Numbered from the whole stretch's first letter, positions 1-11,966 are shown. The stretch is 63,778 nucleotides of DNA, filler included, from Circinaria calcarea (GCA_051942165.1; 54 parts of 54 records of this genome joined end to end with filler, not necessarily neighbours in it), one strand, 5' to 3'. Notes: a model not told the origin generated them from the letters alone. A program made the numbers and translations.

Positions 1-299
1 TCTATACGACCGGGCCAATCACACAGTACCTGATCACTCTCGTGCTCTGCGGCGTGATCAGCGTCCGCATCGATGCCGCATATTATGCACCTTTCGTTGT
101 GTTCCATGCAATTCTACTTTGCCCTCGCTTTGACGCTGTACCAGTAGGAAAATCGGAGTGAACATTTTGTTGCAAAGTCTTTAAAAATGGTTTGGTGTTC
201 CCTTAAGATCTCTGACCATCTGTATGAAGGCTTAAGATTTTAATACCATTGCGGTATATGCTTCCGCTCTTGTACATCCCGCTTATTGAAGAGTTGTAA

Positions 300-723
300 G
301 CGCGGTGCCTGCTTCGACTTGTCATGTCAGCACGAGAAATAGGGGTGTAGCTGTTGGGGGCAATTCTGGGGAGTCAAGGTACCAAGTATGGTCTTGTTAG
401 ATACTCCTATTCTTCTTTATTCCCTTAACCCCTATCCCATACGGTGTGGTAGCAACAAAGCAACGAGCCTGGCATGACCGTTGAGTGCTACTAATAGCAA
501 AATCCAGATGTCTAATTACTCGGAGCCCTGAGTAAAATTAGAGTTCCTCATTCTCATATATAAGCCTAGGACTCAGAAGGTCGGAAGCTATCACTTGAGT
601 GAGCCCACAGCCATACACTGCAGTTGCCGTAAACAATATCCAATTTCCCTTAAACCTATGGGCAGCCAGAACTGAATCGGTGAGAATATCATATATAATT
701 GATGAAGGATGCCTATTGATCAA
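300..723 (-). pseudogene. Possible degenerate ankyrin-repeat gene remnant
   Basis: Minus-strand fragments 'WILFTATAVYG..VIASDLL' and 'ALNGHARLVALLL' resemble ankyrin helices; frames are broken by stops. Confidence 0.2.
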
Positions 724-1099
724 ATCGTCTCGTATATCTTACTATGTGATGCCCTTGACGTACTTTGGTCGCGATCAATCGTACTACCCTCGATGGACCG
801 TTCTGAGATTATTCATGTGTACGATAGAGTACTGCCTTCAAAAAAGTTATACAATTGGTGTTCCGATTCTTCGCCGAGATTGCTCAGCTGTCTATCCTTT
901 CCGACCGAGCGGTTGATTACTGGAAAGTCCTTCGATTCATAAAAATACACCTGTGCTCGGCAAGAGCCGCCTTCTATGATCTCCAATTGCTACTCGACTC
1001 TTCCAGGGGGCACTTTGTGTGGATCCCAAGTCGACCTTCTCTAGCTGCTATTTCCGGTCGAGGTGCAATTCTTCACGCCGATACCAAAACGATGATTCA

Positions 1100-1199
1100 N
1101 NNNNNNNNNNNNNNNNNNNNNNNNNNNNNNNNNNNNNNNNNNNTTAATTAATTAANNNNNNNNNNNNNNNNNNNNNNNNNNNNNNNNNNNNNNNNNNNN
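1100..1199. other. Artificial contig-joining linker (first of 53; last at 62610-62709)
   Basis: 44 N + TTAATTAATTAA + 44 N recurs every ~1.17-1.20 kb; intervening contig lengths decline from 1099 to 1069 bp. Confidence 0.99.
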
Positions 1200-1528
1200 A
1201 TCACTTAATGTTTATGTTATTCCTTGATAACTGTTTTCTAAAATATACAAAGGTTTACGATCTAGAATTTTTCCATAAAGTTATCGCGTACCAACAGCAA
1301 AAAAAAGAAATGATAAAAAAGAGAATACGTTTACAAATAAATTAAAAGATTCTATAGACTTTTTTATTTGGAGTTGATATTGTATGTCAAATTTTTTAGC
1401 TCTTCTCGATCTAAAGTATTTATCTTTAACATTAATTAAACCGGTTGCCATTGTTAAATAAGATATTCGAAAATATTCCTCGTAGTGCATCCTTTTGTTT
1501 TGTTAAGGTTTATTCTTAAAATGTTTTG

Positions 1529-2019
1529 TCAAGGTCTATTCTTAAAACTAAGACCAATATAACCTCGCCCACCCGGTGTTTTTATTTTAGTATTTCTCAT
1601 ACGAAACATTGATAGGACAACAGCTATTTCTTTGTAAAAACGGGTATCAATCATAACACTTTGAGGGGAAAAATTTTTTTTGATAGTATTTTTATAACTT
1701 TTGTAAAGGTCTGATGTCAAAATTTCGTTACCCGGTTGGTCCTCTAATGAGTAGCTTATGAGTAGCTTACCCACAAAACTAAAACAAATAACTTTGCTGT
1801 GAAAACATCAAAATCAATGTCAGATCTATATAATATTGATGTCATATAATTCTCTAGTATTAGTGGTAGATGCTTATCTTGTACGTATTTAGTATTGAAA
1901 ATACTAGACTCTTCTTCTTTGTTAACCAATACCAATTTTTTATTATATATCATATTTTTATTATATATTACAATTAAATGACACCCAAATGCTTCTTTTA
2001 AACCTAACCTTCCATGCAC
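1529..2019 (-). pseudogene. AT-rich ORF ending in a winged-helix-like domain (D5/P4 primase C-terminal or RFX-like), frameshifted by an 11-bp tandem duplication
   Basis: ATGAGTAGCTT occurs twice (1747-1768); removing one copy fuses ORFs 1756-2019 and 1529-1774 into 159 aa containing 'ILTSDLYKSYK...TRFYKEI...GGRGYIGLSFK'. Confidence 0.5.
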
Positions 2020-2397
2020 TATAATCGGTTACAGTGAAAGTGGGTGTACGATTACCCTAATATAATGCTGAGACGTCCTTTACTTGACCACCTATAATAT
2101 AATAGGTGAAAATTTTTTTTTCACACTTTCACACTAAGAATAAAAGGAATAAAAGCCTAAAAAAAAAGAAGAGGTTCCAATTATTGTTTATTTTATAATA
2201 TACTAGATCTTAAGTTACTAAGTTTATTATTATTATCAAAAATAACCAATTTGTCCTTTAGAATTCGCATTCTTTTAAATCTTCTGTCTTTTTACCTNNN
2301 NNNNNNNNNNNNNNNNNNNNNNNNNNNNNNNNNNNNNNNNNTTAATTAATTAANNNNNNNNNNNNNNNNNNNNNNNNNNNNNNNNNNNNNNNNNNNN

Positions 2398-3354
2398 CCA
2401 CCATAGTTTAAAGCGAGAGGAAAATTTCTTTCTTGGAATTGATTCTTCCGCGGCCTTTTGGATAAATAATTGCAATTTATACGCCGTATATTCTAAATCT
2501 TCCGTGGTATTTAATTCCTCGGAGGTAATATTTTCTCCATTTAATAAAGCCCCCTCCATTAATATAGTCCGAAATTTTCCCCAATCAGCTTTTTGCAAAT
2601 TAAAAGTATCTTGCAAGATGGGATTATTAAATATCACTGAATTGTCCGTGAGAATTGAGAAAGTAATTACCTCGTGGTCAGAACCTGTTGCTTTTTCTTC
2701 ATTAATATACCAGTCGATTATTTTGGATTTAATTGCAGGCGTGGCAAAAGTTAAATCTATAACTGATATATTTTCTGAATTACTGCGTTCGAAAGTGGCT
2801 TTATCCTCTGAATTTAATAAATCGAAGTTATATTTATTCAACCATGGGATCAGCTCTTGGCACCTAATTGGATTGGTAATAGTTGAATTCCACCAATTAT
2901 GATGAGCGTTGAAGTCTCCGCCGATTATAACGTCTTTTTCTGGTTGAATAAATTGAAGGCTTCGATTTATAGTCCACTCCTCATTATCAGGAAAAAGGCT
3001 TTTCTCATTATAGAGATTAATGAGATGAAAATCCTTTATCCCCGGCCCCGATATATCCAGAATAATAATATCGGAATCCGTTATTATATCCGGTCTGGCA
3101 CAAGATTTATATATAGAGTCCTTTCTCGTATATATAATTACTCGCGGGCGAACTCCCTGATTAAGGGGTAAAACGCAGTGGAAAGCTGGATGAGAGATTG
3201 TGCCAATATTGTCCTCTGCTATAAAAGGTTCTTGAATAAGTAAGAAATCGATTTTAGCCTGAAAAGCTAACTCCAAACAGGAGTGCATTATTGGCATCGA
3301 TCTAGCCGTATTATGTTGCATTATTTCAATTTTTGAGTTATTTTCTTTACTCAT
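2398..3354 (-). mobile_element. Non-LTR retrotransposon (Tad1-like LINE) ORF2, APE endonuclease domain, 3'-truncated by contig end
   Basis: Motifs QHN, LIQEP, GGDFNAHH, SVIDLTF, GSDH, then KADW and 'RFKLWW' linker. Confidence 0.93.
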
Positions 3355-3494
3355 AATTGAATTATCGGCTTCGGCAATTGCTTGGATTTAGCTAATAAAT
3401 AGTTCCCGCAGGATTTATTATCAGCTTCGTGGTTCTCGCCGCAATTAATGCACTTTGCCACTGTGTGAATGCATCTTCCGCCCTTAATATTGCA
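3351..3494 (-). mobile_element. LINE ORF1 (gag-like) C-terminus with zinc knuckle
   Basis: Translates CNIKGGRCIHTVAKCINCGENHEADNKSC...IIQL*; CX2CX3HX6C knuckle; stop overlaps the ORF2 start. Confidence 0.85.
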
Positions 3495-3595
3495 ANNNNN
3501 NNNNNNNNNNNNNNNNNNNNNNNNNNNNNNNNNNNNNNNTTAATTAATTAANNNNNNNNNNNNNNNNNNNNNNNNNNNNNNNNNNNNNNNNNNNN

Positions 3596-4657
3596 CTGAC
3601 TCTCCTCCTCTGTGAGTGCGAACTCGGTCTCGAGCCATGGTAACGTAATCTGATCTAAATCATCCTCTGGGAGTATGTGGAACTCACTCTCTGTGTGGCT
3701 GTCCCAATCTTCTAGAGCATTGAGTCCTCGCTCCAATACTGCTTGAAACAGAAGCGCTTTGGTACGCCTCTCAATACAGAGTGCTTCCCGCTTCCGAAAG
3801 CGTCGCTCGTTTGCGGAGAGATCCTCTCTTGCGTATCCCCACCGGATTAGATAGCACCTATGGAAGAGTTGCGGATACGGCGGTGCATAACCGTTATGAA
3901 CCACAAACCGGCCGAGCAATATCTTGAAGACTTCCCGTGCCTGCTGGGGTGCCATTTCGACAAGCCTGACCATCTTAGCTTCGTCCATACCATCTCCCCA
4001 TTGCAGCCTCCAAAGCAGGAGCAATGCACATCGTACAGGGTGGATTTCATAACATGAAATAGGTGAGGTAGCCCAGGATGTACTACATGGCGACATCAAA
4101 CGAAATTGGCTACTGCCCTTGCCAAGTCTGGAGATAAAGTTCCGGTCTTCAAGAGTGGCGATGTCCTGATCTATGATAGATCTTATCTGACTCAAGAGGC
4201 TTAAATATCCCCAGCGAGTCTTTTGGACTTCATAGCTCCAAGCTAGAAAAGACCAGTTCGTCCATGTCTCAGTCACCTTTTCACAGGCCGAAATCGCCAT
4301 CTCCATACGATGACCCTCTGTTTCTTGAAAGGTTTCCAGCTTTTCGATACTCCTAGACCCCGGGATGCGATCTTGAATCCAACGCTGTAACCAGGGAGTC
4401 ACTCGGGGCAAGTCGTCTACAGTAGCTGCTTTTCCGTCGTCCAGAATCCTCAACTTAGCTTTCTTCTCGCCAAGAAGCACCCGAAAGTCGGGATACTGGC
4501 TGTCAATGATGCCTTTTATCACAGATACTCGATTTCGATCGATCAAAGTTTTCAAGCTACGGCTTGTAGATCTTAGAACCATCAAAGATGAAGGCTCTGT
4601 CAGCTCCATGACCCTTATCTGGAGCTCCTCAGGGAGCATGGTGAAGTTGAACGCCAT
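3596..4657 (-). CDS. F-box-like domain protein (3' partial)
   Basis: N-terminal 'FTMLPEELQIRVMELTEPSSLMVLRSTSRSL' F-box pattern; >350 aa open frame. Confidence 0.7.
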
Positions 4658-4793
4658 TTGCTGTTACAAGATATGCATTAGCTAGAGAGCTAANNNNNNN
4701 NNNNNNNNNNNNNNNNNNNNNNNNNNNNNNNNNNNNNTTAATTAATTAANNNNNNNNNNNNNNNNNNNNNNNNNNNNNNNNNNNNNNNNNNNN

Positions 4794-5890
4794 CAGCAAC
4801 TAGTTACTGGGATCGCCATTCTATCTACACAATACCTAAAACGCTGCACAATGTCAGGCTGGCACCAACAGCTAGTCATTTGCCTTGCGTGGTTCTCTTC
4901 ACTTACACATATGACAACCCTTACCCTCCTTCGCGAGTACCTATCGAACAATAAAAGGCTACGGCTCTGGAGGACAATAGCCATGTTTTGTGTGATGGTG
5001 ATGCTGTTTGTATCGATGATAATGGCGTGGTTAAGCACCAATTGGGAGCCTGCGATGCCGTTCCAATGTCTTATGACGGTGAAGGTTGAAATTCAAACTA
5101 TTTCGGCTACTGACGTCTTGGGTTCGGCCGCGATATTACTTTTTATGATCTTCTACTATGGCGACAACTTCCTGGGCATTTTCTCAGACCGACGGGTTAC
5201 AATGATCGCTTGGTTAAGAATTATTTACTGGAAGAGACGTAAGATCCTGCCACGCGATAAAACGCTACTTCTACTCCAGAGGTTGGAGAATTACTCGGTA
5301 CGGTATAAGTCACAGCCATCGTTCACCATCAGACTCAAGTGGATAATGGCATATTTTGGGTTTATTCGCTCAGAATTTGCAAGATCCTTCCTGTGGGAGA
5401 TAATCTGGATGTTGTCCTTATTTACATATAGCGTTGCTCAGGTGTCTCTGTGGCGTTGGGATCCGTCGTTTGTAACAGGTGATAACATCGCGTTTGATGA
5501 AAACGAACATGAGTTGGGGTTCGGCCAGATTACTGCCTTGTTTTTGATTGCACTTCCCTTCTTAGGGATTTTTGAAGCCTTTGGCGGTCAGTCTCTCTCT
5601 TGCACATCTGAGATCGTAGAACACACCCATACTAACATGTTGAACTGGCAGAAAGCACAAGCGAGCAGGTCCAAGTAGTGCCCCAAATGGTACCGCCTTT
5701 GGACCCAGCTTTAGCAAACTTGGTAGAGGCGCAGCAAAATGCTCTTATGAGTATTCGCGTCGCACCCCAAGCTGTCACACCTTTGGTGGAGGTGCTTCCA
5801 ACAAGCAAAGAATCTGCATCCAGCTTACAAACGAGTTCACCAGCCACCACATTATCATCAGATATATCTCGTGTCAACGGTTATACGCAA
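4794..5890 (+). CDS. Fungal multi-pass membrane protein of unknown function (partial, intron near 5588-5651)
   Basis: Several hydrophobic helices; 'QQLVTGIAIL', 'LAWFSSLTH', 'GFGQITALFLIALP' motifs; GTCAGT...ACTAAC...CAG intron. Confidence 0.75.
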
Positions 5891-6165
5891 NNNNNNNNNN
5901 NNNNNNNNNNNNNNNNNNNNNNNNNNNNNNNNNNTTAATTAATTAANNNNNNNNNNNNNNNNNNNNNNNNNNNNNNNNNNNNNNNNNNNNCTCTTAGGAT
6001 GGGGTGTTCATGCAAAAGTGCAGAGGTTGGACCAGAGCAGTGTGGCGGGCATTGGCGGCGGCACAAGAGATGGAGGAGAGGAAGCACTTTGAGAGGTTGC
6101 AGGAAGTGTGCAGCAGGGGCAGCGGCAGCAGGGCAAAGTGGCAGCAGTTTGTGAGTGGTGGTGTT

Positions 6166-6196
<31 letters not shown>
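6166..6196 (+). repeat. (AGC)n microsatellite
   Basis: About 10 perfect AGC units. Confidence 0.95.
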
Positions 6197-6197
<1 letters not shown>

Positions 6198-7186
6198 ACG
6201 CACGGCGGAAGTGGGAAGGTCGAGAAGGTGTGTTCTGGTGCGTCTTCGAGGGGCATGGATTTTAGGCCTTGGACTTCTTGGAGACTGGAGGGAGCGAGGT
6301 GGTTGGGGGGCGAGTTAACTAGCCTTTGTGGATCAAGCCACCACTGACCACTGGCTGACTGTGCGAAGGGCAGCTGTTGGCTCTTTCGAACGGCAACTCG
6401 TTTAGGATGGAAAGTCACGCTTGTATCGAAACTAGGCCGAGTATTTGCAAAGCTCAGCAGGGGCTGCTTTGACCGTATCCGACCGTTGTCAATTTTGCTC
6501 CAATCATCGACACCGGTCGCTGATTTCATTTCCTTTTGGACTGGCAAGTATTTGTTCCAAGCATTCTGTGCTACAGCATGAAGAGGGAAAAATAGAATCA
6601 TCGCTCTCTCTCGAAAGAGAGAAAACTGTTCCAGTTCAGACATCCCGCCTGGCATGCCGGTGGTATCTTTGAGCGTGGTACGGTGAGCCACGGACGGAAC
6701 ATCTCGTCGCTTGCTCGGACAAGAGGCAACGTTACAGCTCGTCTGGGACTTTCTTGGGGGTTGGGGGGCTGGACCACAAATTACGGACGATTCCGCAGGG
6801 TTCTCCTGCCCACATGGTCAACCAGTCAATTCACGACATTTACGACTACTCCACATTCAAGAACGTCGACGGCAATACTCCCCTTCAATGCTCAACATTG
6901 GTTGTGCATTTGAAGAGGAAAAACCTAGTCAGATTGGTTGTAATACACAGCAGAGACCCGATAATCCTGAGCTTTCTTTATCTGGCGTGTTTGAGTCAGC
7001 AGATTAGATGGTAATCCTTCAGATTGAGAAGGATATTCCTCGCAGACGCTTCAACCGCTTCCATGCTCTCTACTGTAAGCAGCCGANNNNNNNNNNNNNN
7101 NNNNNNNNNNNNNNNNNNNNNNNNNNNNNNTTAATTAATTAANNNNNNNNNNNNNNNNNNNNNNNNNNNNNNNNNNNNNNNNNNNN

Positions 7187-8190
7187 ATTCTAGAAGATTC
7201 TATGAGATTCTATTGATTATATAATCAAGAGAATAAAAGTGGATTTAGGACGAAAGGATTATTAATCAAGATTCTTGATTAATAATCAATCGAAGGTTCT
7301 GGAAACCTCTCGAATCACGCTCATTAATATAAAAATGAGGTTCTGTCCCAACTTTGAGATAGAAACTTAATCAAGTCAATTAACTTTCAATGCTTCCGCA
7401 TAACCCTGTTCAACAGGTTATGAGCCCGGTTAGCCTGAACAGGTTAATTACTTCCGAAGCTTATTAAACAATTAATAAGCCCGTAAAAATGAGAAGATTA
7501 TATCTTTGAAGGCCGAATTCAAAGATATAAAGAAGATATTTCTGAAGGCCGAATCCAGAAATATACGAGTTTTATATCCTTAAGAGAAGGATATAAAGAA
7601 GCCTGACGAGGCTTAAAAATGGTTATATCTTTGAAGGCCGAATCCAAAGATATAAAAAGAGAGAATTTAAGGGGCTAAAACAGCTTTTTAAATTAAAGAG
7701 TTTTTAAAGCAAAAAAGGCTTTAAAATCAAAGGAATTTCTGAAGGCCGAATCCGGAAATTCACGCGTCTTATATTCTTGAAGAAAATAAAGAATATAAAA
7801 GAGCTTTACGAAGCTGAAAGAGAAAAGGCAAAATATGAAATAAAGCTTAAGGGGGTGTGTGGAAAATAAGCTTTATTTTGCATATTTTGAAGAGAGAATT
7901 CTGGAAGGTTCCAGAAGATTCTAGAAGATTCCACGAGATTCTATTGATTATATAATTAATAGAATAAAGGTGGAATTAGGACGAAAGGATTATTAATCAA
8001 GATTCTTGATGAGTAATCAATCGAAGGTTCTGGAAACCTCTCGAATCACGCTCATTAGTATAAGAACGAGGTTCTGTCCCAACTTTGAGATAGAATCTTA
8101 AACAAGTCAATTAACCTTTAATGCTTCCGCATATCCTGTTCAACAGGTTATGAGCCCGGCTAGCCCGAAGAGGTTAATTACTTCCGAAGC
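7187..8190. repeat. Non-coding element: ~274-bp direct repeats (7187-7460, 7918-8190) flanking a hairpin-rich 457-bp core
   Basis: Colinear alignment of the two copies; multiple palindromes; no ORF of 60 aa or more in the contig. Confidence 0.9.
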
Positions 8191-9578
8191 AAAATATTAA
8201 ACCGGTTTAAGATTATTAAAAAGATATTTAATTTATTATATCAAATTTACGATAATCCTGATCGACGTTATATAATTCAACGNNNNNNNNNNNNNNNNNN
8301 NNNNNNNNNNNNNNNNNNNNNNNNNNTTAATTAATTAANNNNNNNNNNNNNNNNNNNNNNNNNNNNNNNNNNNNNNNNNNNNTTATTCCCCTCATCAAAA
8401 AAATTAAATAATTTTTTTAAATTATATTTCGTACGTACGTTATTTTTAGTATCTATTAATTATATATAATTATTCCGAAAAATACGCGGCAGCGAAACAA
8501 AAGCAGTCTGAGTTTCTAAAACAAGAAGGAAGCGGGTACGAAAGCGGAGTTCATAGCCTCGCCGCTCTCTCGCAAAGTAGCCCGGCCAAAACTCTCATCA
8601 CTGGCTATAATGTTGCAGTCAGACACCTCGCCCGCCACAGGCACTAACCAAGATCTGCTTGTCGTAAGCCTTTCACTTCTGCCCTTTATTCACACGCGCA
8701 TGGCGGACTTTTGGCTGACAATAGCATGGATCTCCAGGACTGCTTCGATGTTGTTGCTACCCAAGGTGCCTACCTTATTCCCCGTGCGCGCACCCTGGTG
8801 TTCCAACAAACCTGCGATGACTATTTCGCTGCCCGACTTGAACGAGAGCTGAACGCCGTGTTCATAGAACAAGTATGCAGGATTAAAATATATCACGGCA
8901 CTGCCGACGAGTAACGAATGGGACACACGCCGCTAAAGATCAGGGAATAGCGCGTTGTCGAGTTAAAGGCGCAAGAAGAATTCGAGGGCCAAACATCCGA
9001 TACTGGAAGCGATAATACTGAATTTGGTGGCACTAACATTGGGATTAGCTCGCGAAATCCAGTGACAGCACTAGACCAGATATGGAGAGCGCGGAAACGT
9101 CAGAAGTCACGCTATATCGGATGGCTTTTATTTCCACCGCCATCCGCTGATAGTTCCTTGGATATTTCATGTACGAGGAAGCGACGAAGAATATTCGAGG
9201 GAGAGGACGAGGATGTAGAGCGATTTGCTGGGGAGAATATTTGTTTTAAAGAAGAAGCCTTCCCCACCAGAAACACTGCTTTTCACAATGCATCGCAGCA
9301 GAAAAACTGGAAGCGTCGACGAGTTCTCGAAGCAGGCGATAGGGAAGTGGTAAAAGTGGGGCGATCGAGTAAGGATCGGGCCAGCACTGCTCGAGCTGCC
9401 ACCGCCCCTCCGAGCTATATATAATAAGGGAGATTACGACCACGACGAGGTTACGACTTTAATAATAGACTTTTAGCGNNNNNNNNNNNNNNNNNNNNNN
9501 NNNNNNNNNNNNNNNNNNNNNNTTAATTAATTAANNNNNNNNNNNNNNNNNNNNNNNNNNNNNNNNNNNNNNNNNNNN

Positions 9579-10673
9579 GTCTTGTCGAAGACAACGTGGG
9601 ATACCTTTCGTGCTATCTCGATCGTTTCGGCAGATTTGAAGACCACACCATGTCTCGCGCCAACACCACCAGCAATAACAGCTACCATGGGCACTGCTAA
9701 CCCTATAGCGCATGGGCAGGACACAATAAGCACCGATATCGCATAGGTTAGGGCCTGTACTACAGCAGAACTCTTAGACTGGTGCTGAATAGCGATGCCT
9801 ACTGCAACCCAAATGGCAAATGTGATTAACGTGAGGACCACAATAACTGGCACGAAATACGACGCGACCTGGTCCGCAAGCTGTTGTATTTTTGGCTTGG
9901 AGAATTTTGCTGCGTCGATCATGGCTGCGATCTCGCTGATTGTATTTTCACCGGGCAAGCACGTTAGACGAACTATAAGTGTTCCTGAGCCATTAAGGCA
10001 GCCTGCGATGATGTTGGATCCCGCAGATTTCTCGACCGGGACGGCCTCGCCAGTCATGTTTGATTCGTCGACTTCGCTTTCTCCAGATACAACGATTCCG
10101 TCAGTGGCAATGCGAGAATCAGGGATGACCTTAAATATATCGCCGTATTGTAGCAAGCGCGCATCGATTTCTTGGACGCCTGAACCATCGCGATCGAGAA
10201 GTAGGGCTGTCTCAATTTGCAACGATCTAATTGAGATTGATTCGACAGCTTTGTGCCTGGCAAAAGCGCTCACAAGCCGCCCAAGCATGATCAAGGTCAC
10301 GAGTAAAGTGCTCGTTTCGAAAAATTCTCCAGATAGTAATGGATGACCTCTGACTTGATATGCGAAGGCAATAATGGAGAAAATATACGCTGTGGAGGTA
10401 CTCAATACGATCAATAAATCCATCTCGATCACGCGAGTAAAGAGGAGAGCTCTTAATGCGCTTGGATAGAACGGTCCCGCAACGACGATTTGCACGATTG
10501 TCGCCAATGTCAAGGAGACGGCCCCGTACAAGATCTCATGCTGGGGCAGCGGTGCCCAAGCCAATATGAGTACAGGTGTAGTCAGCACAGCGGAGAAGGC
10601 TGTCATGTATGCTGTCTTGCGGACATGCTTGCCACCAGACTCAAGCTCTGCGTAAGGACGAGGAGGAGCAAGT
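9579..10673 (-). CDS. P1B-type heavy-metal (copper) transporting ATPase, internal fragment
   Basis: [48 protein letters not shown] (CPC) and VVFDKT phosphorylation motif. Confidence 0.96.
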
Positions 10674-10777
10674 NNNNNNNNNNNNNNNNNNNNNNNNNNN
10701 NNNNNNNNNNNNNNNNNTTAATTAATTAANNNNNNNNNNNNNNNNNNNNNNNNNNNNNNNNNNNNNNNNNNNNCTAT

Positions 10778-10997
10778 TGTAAGGGCTCTACCCGAGAACC
10801 CCTACGAACCCTACGAGTGAATTATATACCGAGGTCACGAGGTGTTGGCTTAGCGAGAAAGGTTTTCCTCGCGAAGCGTTACACCAGAATTCTTTAGCAA
10901 TAATTCATACGCTACGCGAACCCATTAAGCACATTATCACACAGTTTACTGACCTTTATTCGTAAGATCACTATACTATTCGTAGAGGATCCTTACA
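10778..10997 (+). mobile_element. Solo LTR family A, copy 1 (220 bp)
   Basis: TGTAAGG...CCTTACA termini; aligns with 49183-49405 and with the reverse complement of 34111-34330. Confidence 0.8.
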
Positions 10998-11279
10998 TTA
11001 TACTATTCACCAATCGTAATAATCGCGGGGCCCACGTTACACAAGAGTCTGCGGGATAAGGTATTTCTAGGTTCATAATCTAACTTTGCTGCAATTGAAT
11101 TCCTTAAAATGAGATTTAGAAGCAAGAGCAGGGTTTTATGTATTAAAAGGCGAGGCATTAAGGATCTAATTTGCTGCTCTTTTTCCAACTGAGATATTCC
11201 GTTTTACAGTCGTGTGTGGTTGGAAACCTCTAATTTAGCTAATCTTGAAAGTAATTTCGATATTGACGTTGATACTAAT

Positions 11280-11866
11280 ATGGCCGCCGCTAAACCAACT
11301 ATCTTCCTAATCCATGGCGGTTGGCATACCCCCAGCGCCTACACCAAACTAACCACGGCCCTCCGCACCGCCGGCTACGAAGTCCACCTCCCGGCCCTCA
11401 GCTCCATGAACGGTTCCCGCCCCCCCAACGCCGACCTCGCAACCGACACCGCCTTGATCCGCTCCTATGTCACCAGCCTCGTCTCCGCCGGCCACACCGT
11501 AATCGCCATCATGCACTCCTACGGTGGACAAGTCGGCACCAACGCTCTCACGGGCCTAGGCGTTACTGAGCGCGCTAAACAGGGCTTGAAGGGTGGTGTT
11601 GCGCACTTGATCTATGTGTGTGCCTTCGCCCTTCCAGAGGGCGGGTCCATGGTGGGAAAAGTAAAGGAGTTTGGGCACGAGCACCTCCTCCCTCTCGTAT
11701 TCGACTTCGCGGACGATGACAGCTGCGTGAACCGCGATCCGAAACTCTTACTCCTTGGACCTGGAATTCCCGATGCCGAGGCAGACGAGTATGTGGCGAG
11801 CCTTGTGCGTTGGAATGGGAAGTCAATGTATCAGGCTATTGAGAAGTGTGCGTGGAAGGATGAGGG
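11280..11866 (+). CDS. Alpha/beta hydrolase (Abhydrolase_6-like), 3' partial
   Basis: 'IFLIHGGWH' oxyanion motif, HSYGG nucleophile elbow, 'LIYVCAF'. Confidence 0.9.
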
Positions 11867-11966
11867 NNNNNNNNNNNNNNNNNNNNNNNNNNNNNNNNNN
11901 NNNNNNNNNNTTAATTAATTAANNNNNNNNNNNNNNNNNNNNNNNNNNNNNNNNNNNNNNNNNNNN

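Noticed and set aside
6164..6691. 175-aa ORF ending in poly-Cys
   Set aside because: Poly-Cys is the CAG microsatellite read in antisense; no family motif in the rest
7602..7645. Hammerhead-like core CTGACGA-GGC...GCC-GAAT
   Set aside because: GAAA is GAAT, no stems I/III with a UH site found, and the bases are taken up by stronger local hairpins
8109..8180. Twister-like words (TAATGC...AGCCCGG...GAG)
   Set aside because: Could not build the P2 helix and pseudoknots by eye; left to a covariance-model search
8383..9478. Short ORFs with an 'AEFIAS' Copia RNase H-like word
   Set aside because: Remaining RNase H motifs absent; family cannot be supported
9795..10346. Long antisense ORFs opposite real genes (also 2504-2902, 37522-37878, 49766-50329)
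   Set aside because: Shadow frames of well-supported coding regions
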